From: an uncultured Alphaproteobacteria bacterium
Lineage (GTDB): Bacteria > Pseudomonadota > Alphaproteobacteria > Rhizobiales > Xanthobacteraceae
Direction of reading: 5' to 3'
NCBI GenBank assembly: GCA_963830015.1
Contig: CAWHLG010000004.1
Span: 657-64,656, forward strand
DNA length: 64,000 nucleotides
The translations under genes were made by a program, and so were the position numbers. A model generated the notes under the pieces. The model saw nothing but the letters and a program-made list of their open reading frames with translations, made no database searches and was not told the origin of the DNA. Shown one piece after another: positions 63,425-64,000 of this stretch. Positions within the stretch are counted from its first letter, which is position 1. The number at the start of each line of letters is the position of its first letter.

Positions 63425-64000
63425 ATGAGCACAGGAAACGACGCCGTGCGCCCTCGCACGGTCAATCCGCTATCGGCCATCGCGCTTGCGATCGTCGCGA
63501 CGCTCGGCGCGCTCTATATCGTCAGCCAGTTTCTGCGCAATTCGGTGGGCGTGATCGCGCCGAATCTCGCGTCCGAGATGGGGCTGTCGCCGATCGAACT
63601 CGGATTTCTCTCCAGCATCTATTTCTTCGTCTTCGCGGCCACGCAAATTCCGCTTGGCGTAGCCCTCGACCGCTTCGGGCCGAAGCTCTGCATGCTGGTT
63701 TGCGTGGGCTTCACGGTGCTGGGCTGTGCGCTGTTTGCTGCCGCGCAGGCGTCCGGCAGTCTGGTGATTGCGCGGGCGCTGCTCGGCTTCGGCACGGCAT
63801 CGTTCCTGATGGCGCCGTGCGCACTCTATGCGCGCTGGTTTCCGCCGGAACGGTTCTCGACCTTGACCGGAATCCAGCTCGGTCTCGGATCGCTGGGCGC
63901 GCTGCTTGCGACCGCGCCGCTCGCCTTTGCGACCGCATGGGTCGGTTGGCGCGCGACGTTTCTCGGCATCGGCTCAAGCGCCGCGCTGATCGGCGTGGTG
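63425..64000 (+). CDS. MFS transporter (5' part; runs off the window edge)
   Basis: Manual translation gives MSTGND...SQFLRNSVGVIAPNL...GVALDRFGPK... (MFS motif A). Confidence 0.85.
   Translation, partial: MSTGNDAVRPRTVNPLSAIALAIVATLGALYIVSQFLRNSVGVIAPNLASEMGLSPIELGFLSSIYFFVFAATQIPLGVALDRFGPKLCMLVCVGFTVLGCALFAAAQASGSLVIARALLGFGTASFLMAPCALYARWFPPERFSTLTGIQLGLGSLGALLATAPLAFATAWVGWRATFLGIGSSAALIGVV

Overview
A 64 kb chromosomal window of a high-GC alphaproteobacterium, most likely Hyphomicrobiales (Rhodoplanes/Xanthobacteraceae-like). That placement is inferred from gene content (gltBD, galU, hemH, hisN, aatA, DUF992, DUF486), REP families, and candidate LexA (GTTC-N7-GTTC), CtrA (TTAA-N7-TTAA), RpoH and ROSE signals. 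About 50 CDSs are supported. They include 13 intact Bug/TctC solute-binding genes (9 consecutive plus a decayed remnant) with no tctA/tctB in view, one intact ISAs1 element, several REP-like palindromes, and core metabolic and envelope genes. No rRNA, tRNA or CRISPR array was found. Several genes are frameshifted, and five of the shifts are the same single-base duplication inside a GANTC (CcrM) site. This points to a methylation-driven long-read consensus error rather than true pseudogenes. The most notable observations are: (1) an ORF-poor ~450 nt stretch packed with hairpins and a possible pseudoknot directly behind a sigma70-like promoter overlapped by a perfect LexA box, a candidate SOS-induced structured ncRNA; (2) an ISAs1 inserted with a 10 bp duplication into the loop of a REP hairpin; (3) a sorbosone/glucose dehydrogenase-cytochrome c fusion operon; (4) a methyltransferase/ParE deletion chimera; and (5) the Bug array with birth-and-death signatures.
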